Origin: Patellaria atrata CBS 101060
Lineage: Eukaryota
Length of the DNA: 64,000 nt
Direction of reading: 5' to 3'
NCBI GenBank assembly: GCA_010093705.1
Contig: MU006089.1
Location: 2,715,561 to 2,779,560, forward strand
This document shows positions 60,050-64,000 of this stretch, piece after piece. Under the pieces are notes generated by a model. The model was not told the origin of the DNA and searched no databases. It worked only from the letters and a program-made list of their open reading frames with translations. The position numbers were made by a program, and so were the translations under genes. The first letter of the stretch is position 1, and each line of letters opens with the position of its first letter.

Positions 60050-61350
60050 GAAAGGTGCGTGAACTTTACATTTCTCCTTTGTGACTAGTGCGTGGGCTGT
60101 GGGAAAAACGTCCTTAATCCAAAGGTTTTGTGGTCAGTAAATTGATACTCCGGACACGCAATTAAGATGCTCTACCTGCCCGCCCGTTGAGCCTACTACT
60201 AACCAACCGTTCCAATTCCTCATCATGGACATCCGGAGCTGCGCAGAAGGTGCGCGATCGAGAAATGAAATGGCCCTGAATCCGCTTCCTTGCGTCGCTT
60301 CCTAACTCGTCATATCCCAACATGAGATGGATTCGGCTAAGAATTCCATCGTCAAACTCGGACACTCTGTTTGTCACCAAGAACATGATTCCGTCTAGAT
60401 ATTTCAGTTTGTAGAGAAACATAGTGACGAGGCTGTTGCGACGTAGGTCTCGAGATGGACGCCGCTCGGGATAGACGTCAGCTTCATCTAGAAGAAGAAC
60501 CGCATCCCGGTGGGTGGCAATTTGAAAGATATCTGAGAGCTGACCTTCCACTACCCTTGCTTTGGTACTTGATTCGCCAGCGGAGATCTTGAGAGTTAGA
60601 AAGGAAGGTTTCATTGAAGAGGAGAACAGGTTACATACTGAATAAAGAGGTCTTCTAAAGATGTTCAGCAACAGCCTTAGCTGTGAGCGTCTTTCCTAAT
60701 CCCAGGCTGGTAATTGTAAGAGAGCGCAGACAAGAGGGTACGGGGTACCATATTAAAATAGCACAATAAAGCTGCAACCTTTCCCAGCAACAAAATCGTC
60801 CAATTTAACCCATGCGCTCGATTCGTACGGGCCTCTGCAAGAGCCATGATAGTCTCTTCATGTTCCTTGGGAATCGTTAAGCAATCCAAAGGTACAGTGA
60901 ACCACTGGATCTCCTCGATACCGGCGACGAGGTTTTCCGGTATGTATCCATAGATTAGCTTGATGGGCAGCTAGTAGGGTGATGTATTTCACCCCACAAC
61001 TTTTCGTTAAGGCTGAAACCAGCTACTGTAGGACAGCAGATAAGCAAACATTCCTCCGTTACGTCAGCGGGATCTAAGCCTGTGCTCCTGACCTGTTCGG
61101 GCAGCGACTGAGAAGGGCGTAAGAGGTCAAAAGGGAGGTTTGAACTTGCGTCGTCTTCCTCATTAATCTTTGGTCTGGAATAATTTGGACCCATTCTCCG
61201 AGAAAAAGATGAATCGACCATAATCCGGCTGTCGACAAGTGGGACGGAGAAAGGCCACACGGTACAACTGCGGGGGAAAGTCAATGACACGAAGATCACG
61301 TGACTTAGACGCAATGGACGCAGAAGGAGTTCTACATCCAACACGTCCAA
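60050..61350 (-). pseudogene. AAA+ ATPase pseudogene
   Basis: Walker A remnant GLGKTLTAKAVAEHL followed by a stop/frameshift near 60655, Walker B LLLDEADVY, TNRVSEFDDGILSRIHL, and upstream FDDFVAGKG and CCPTVAGFSL in other frames. Confidence 0.8.
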
Positions 61351-62180
61351 ACACTCGGAATAGGACTCGGAGGAGAAATGCTTAAGGACGCTCCTTTACG
61401 CTTATATTTAGATTCTTCGTAGTTCTTCTTACCAACATATCTTACTATAAGATTGGATGTTACGATCTTTGACTTAACTCACCTTTATCATACTATTTCG
61501 TACAGTATCACTTATCTCTACTGTGAAGCGTTGAGAGAGTTAAGGGGAAGCAAGTTGTATTGTCAACTTGAAGTGCAAACCTTTACACGTTCTATCACGA
61601 AGCGGAAACCTAACCCTTCTAGGAAGGAGGTCTCTCATCAGTGAGAAACCTTGCGCGTGTTTATACCTATCTGGTTCCGGCTTAGAGAAGTATAAACTCC
61701 CGTCGTTAACAAAAAACTTAAAAAAAACCATTCGAGAAATATGTGTGATGGAAGCAATAGCGTGCTGATAGTGATTCTCTCTTTTATGTTAATATGCACT
61801 CTCGACTTTCTTCTGAATAGTAAGCCGTCCCCTGTAATCCTGAATTGCTTCCGTTGTTCTATACTGAGGTGTTTCCTGTGTTATTGGTCTCTTTTGATGC
61901 AATGGTGCACCTGGGCGCCTCGATCGGCTGTCTATGCCGGCCGAGATCCTTCTTATTCAAGCACGATTGTTTTGTTGGCAATGCTCTCTTGTCAGGTTTC
62001 ACCCAAGGCTTTGAAAGAGCCATAGGGAAGTAAGTCAACACGTAGGCATAGACTTGAAAGGTACAAATATCTGAAATATCCAGCTTTCCTTTCAATCTTG
62101 AAGTTGAGCAGAACTATCTAAGCTAAACAGTGATCTATGTGCTGATCTTCAATATATTGTGCGAGCATCCATCAAGAAGA

Positions 62181-63489
62181 ATGATCTCAGGCGCAAAAAT
62201 GATTGTCAATGAATTCTTCAATAACAATATCGAGGTCAAATTCGTCCGCCTCACCTGGGTTGACTTCTTAGGGGCCCTACGTACTCGGATTATTACGAAG
62301 AAGCGATGGTTGGATTTAGCAAATGGCTCAAACCATTACTCACTAGCTCTGAACTGCTTGATTATTCCTATTTCTACAGCGCCATGTGTTTCTCCGAAGG
62401 CCCTAAAGCTTAGGAATTGCGACCAGATTGGCAAAGTCTACGACTGTGCGGCTTCTCGCCGGTACACTCATCAGTCATGTGTTTTACATGCCACTTGAGA
62501 TTCTCAAACATCTTTACAAGGTGTCCAAGAAGCTTTTTAAAGAGCCGACATGCCGAATTTCAAGCAGCTACCGCGTCTCAAAGTCTTGATGGGCTTCGAG
62601 ATTGAATTTGTCCTTCTCGATGATGTATTTAACCTCGCAACATCCATAGACCGTATAGCCGGCTATTCCATGGAATTCGAGGACAGAACTTGATAATTTT
62701 TGAGGAGATCATAGCCGCGCTGGAAATATCTCGGATCGATGTGTACTACTTCCACACAGAAATTGCGGTCCAACTCGAAATAGCGCTTTCTCCGCTCCTG
62801 CCCTTGGATGCTATTGATTGCCTCATGATGGCCTAGGAGACGATTCGTACTATTTCTATCCGCCATGGAATAAGAGTTAGCATGACACCAAACCTATATT
62901 TGACGGTCTGCAAAATGGGTGCCACGAGCATCTATCCTTGACTTCTGCTAAAACATTAGAAACCGACTCGTTTTTAGCTGGCATCTTGCAAAAGGTGGGA
63001 TCTCTGTGCGCTTTTGATATGCCGAATTTGGATAGTTACTATCGGGTTATATACGATGGGTCAGGCATGTGGATAGGCTAGGGAACGGAGAACAGAGACT
63101 TACCCATCCGTCAAATCACCCCATCCCGCTGGGAAATTTGATTTTTGGATGCTACGACCAACGTGTATCTCTTCATTGGGGCCCTGCTTTCTGCTGGAAT
63201 GGCCGGAATAAAGCGTAAAGAGCCGTTAAATATTCGCGATTGTCCCATTTTGGCCGGGAAGCTCGGTGTCGGGGAAGCTAGACGGCAGCTTGGGAAATAT
63301 GGTATCACAGAACCTATGCGTCCAAAATTGGAGGTCTCGTTAGACTCCTTGAAAGAAGACAAAGAATGTGAGACCTGGTTTGGATCTGAACTATTCGCCG
63401 AGTATGTCAAAGTAAAGGATAAGGAAGTTGAACATTTCTCGGGAATGACAGAAGAGCAGCGGAGACAGAAGTTCCTAGTCTATTTCTGA
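62181..63489 (+). pseudogene. Glutamine-synthetase-like (FluG C-terminal type) pseudogene
   Basis: FVRLTWVDFLG, GFEIEFVLL, FHTEI..QLEIAL, NGCHEHLS, G*GTENR, WEI*FLDATTNVY. Stops at 62834, 63079 and 63139 plus frameshifts. Confidence 0.82.
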
Positions 63490-64000
63490 ACCTCGGCGGA
63501 TTTATCATACCAACGCATTATCGCTTTGTTGTTTCGCTTATTCTGTAACTTTCATGTGCTAGTATGCTCTTGGGGCGGTGGAGAGGTGAGCAAAGAGCAG
63601 GTTGTATCCGGTGGAAGATGGAGTTCTCATTCGAACTTGTACTGAATTACACCGAGCATCGGTGAATAAGGAAGAAATTAGAATGTATGAGGTTAATATT
63701 CCAGTATAATTTATAAGATAAGGAAAATGTGGATAGTTTTACACATTGAACTACTATCGTAACCTGACCTGCTACCTGATGCGTTCTAACCGAAGAAGTC
63801 CAATCCAAGAAATAACCATTGGGGGTAACACCGTGAAGCTGTATAGATGTACATACCATACCCGGAATCCATTCATGAAATAGTGATCGTAATGCCGCGA
63901 AAATGCTTAAGCCAACCCGACTATCCATCGTACTGTACAATATCCAAATGCTGCTGTTTTCCCTGCGACCTACTTAGGCGACGTGGGGAGGATCAACAGG

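Noticed and set aside
63647..63940. 97-aa minus-strand ORF at the window end
   Set aside because: Non-ATG start, no motif, and truncated context.
1..64000. CRISPR arrays, rRNA, prokaryotic operons or defence islands
   Set aside because: The sequence is fungal nuclear DNA with spliceosomal introns; no repeat-spacer arrays or rRNA signatures were seen.

Overview
This is eukaryotic DNA from a filamentous ascomycete (Pezizomycotina, probably a Dothideomycete), with short GT-AG introns and CTRAC-type branch sites. All calls come from reading motifs by eye; no database searches were run. Positions 1-50.2 kb form a gene-dense core region: GTR2, ARL3, a QDE-1-like RNA-dependent RNA polymerase, an aldehyde reductase, a LigB/DODA-type dioxygenase, two GNAT acetyltransferases, ALO1, DUS1, a FYVE protein, a peroxisomal long-chain fatty alcohol oxidase, an intron-containing tRNA-Thr(UGU), WDR8/WRAP73 and several hypothetical genes. 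From about 50.4 kb the window switches abruptly to a transposon- and pseudogene-rich accessory compartment. It holds a RIP-damaged Fot1/pogo DNA transposon, a 5'-truncated RNase H-bearing LINE, an inverted LINE fragment, and AAA-ATPase and glutamine-synthetase-like pseudogenes. In the middle sits one intact 769-aa ORF with the full architecture of the Podospora Spok spore-killer (meiotic drive) proteins: coiled coil, PD-(D/E)xK nuclease, Cys/His cluster and kinase. The second highlight is a ~160-nt, very highly structured, tRNA-headed element at 36.6-36.8 kb with Pol III-like A/B boxes and oligo-T terminators, which matches no RNA class I recognise.
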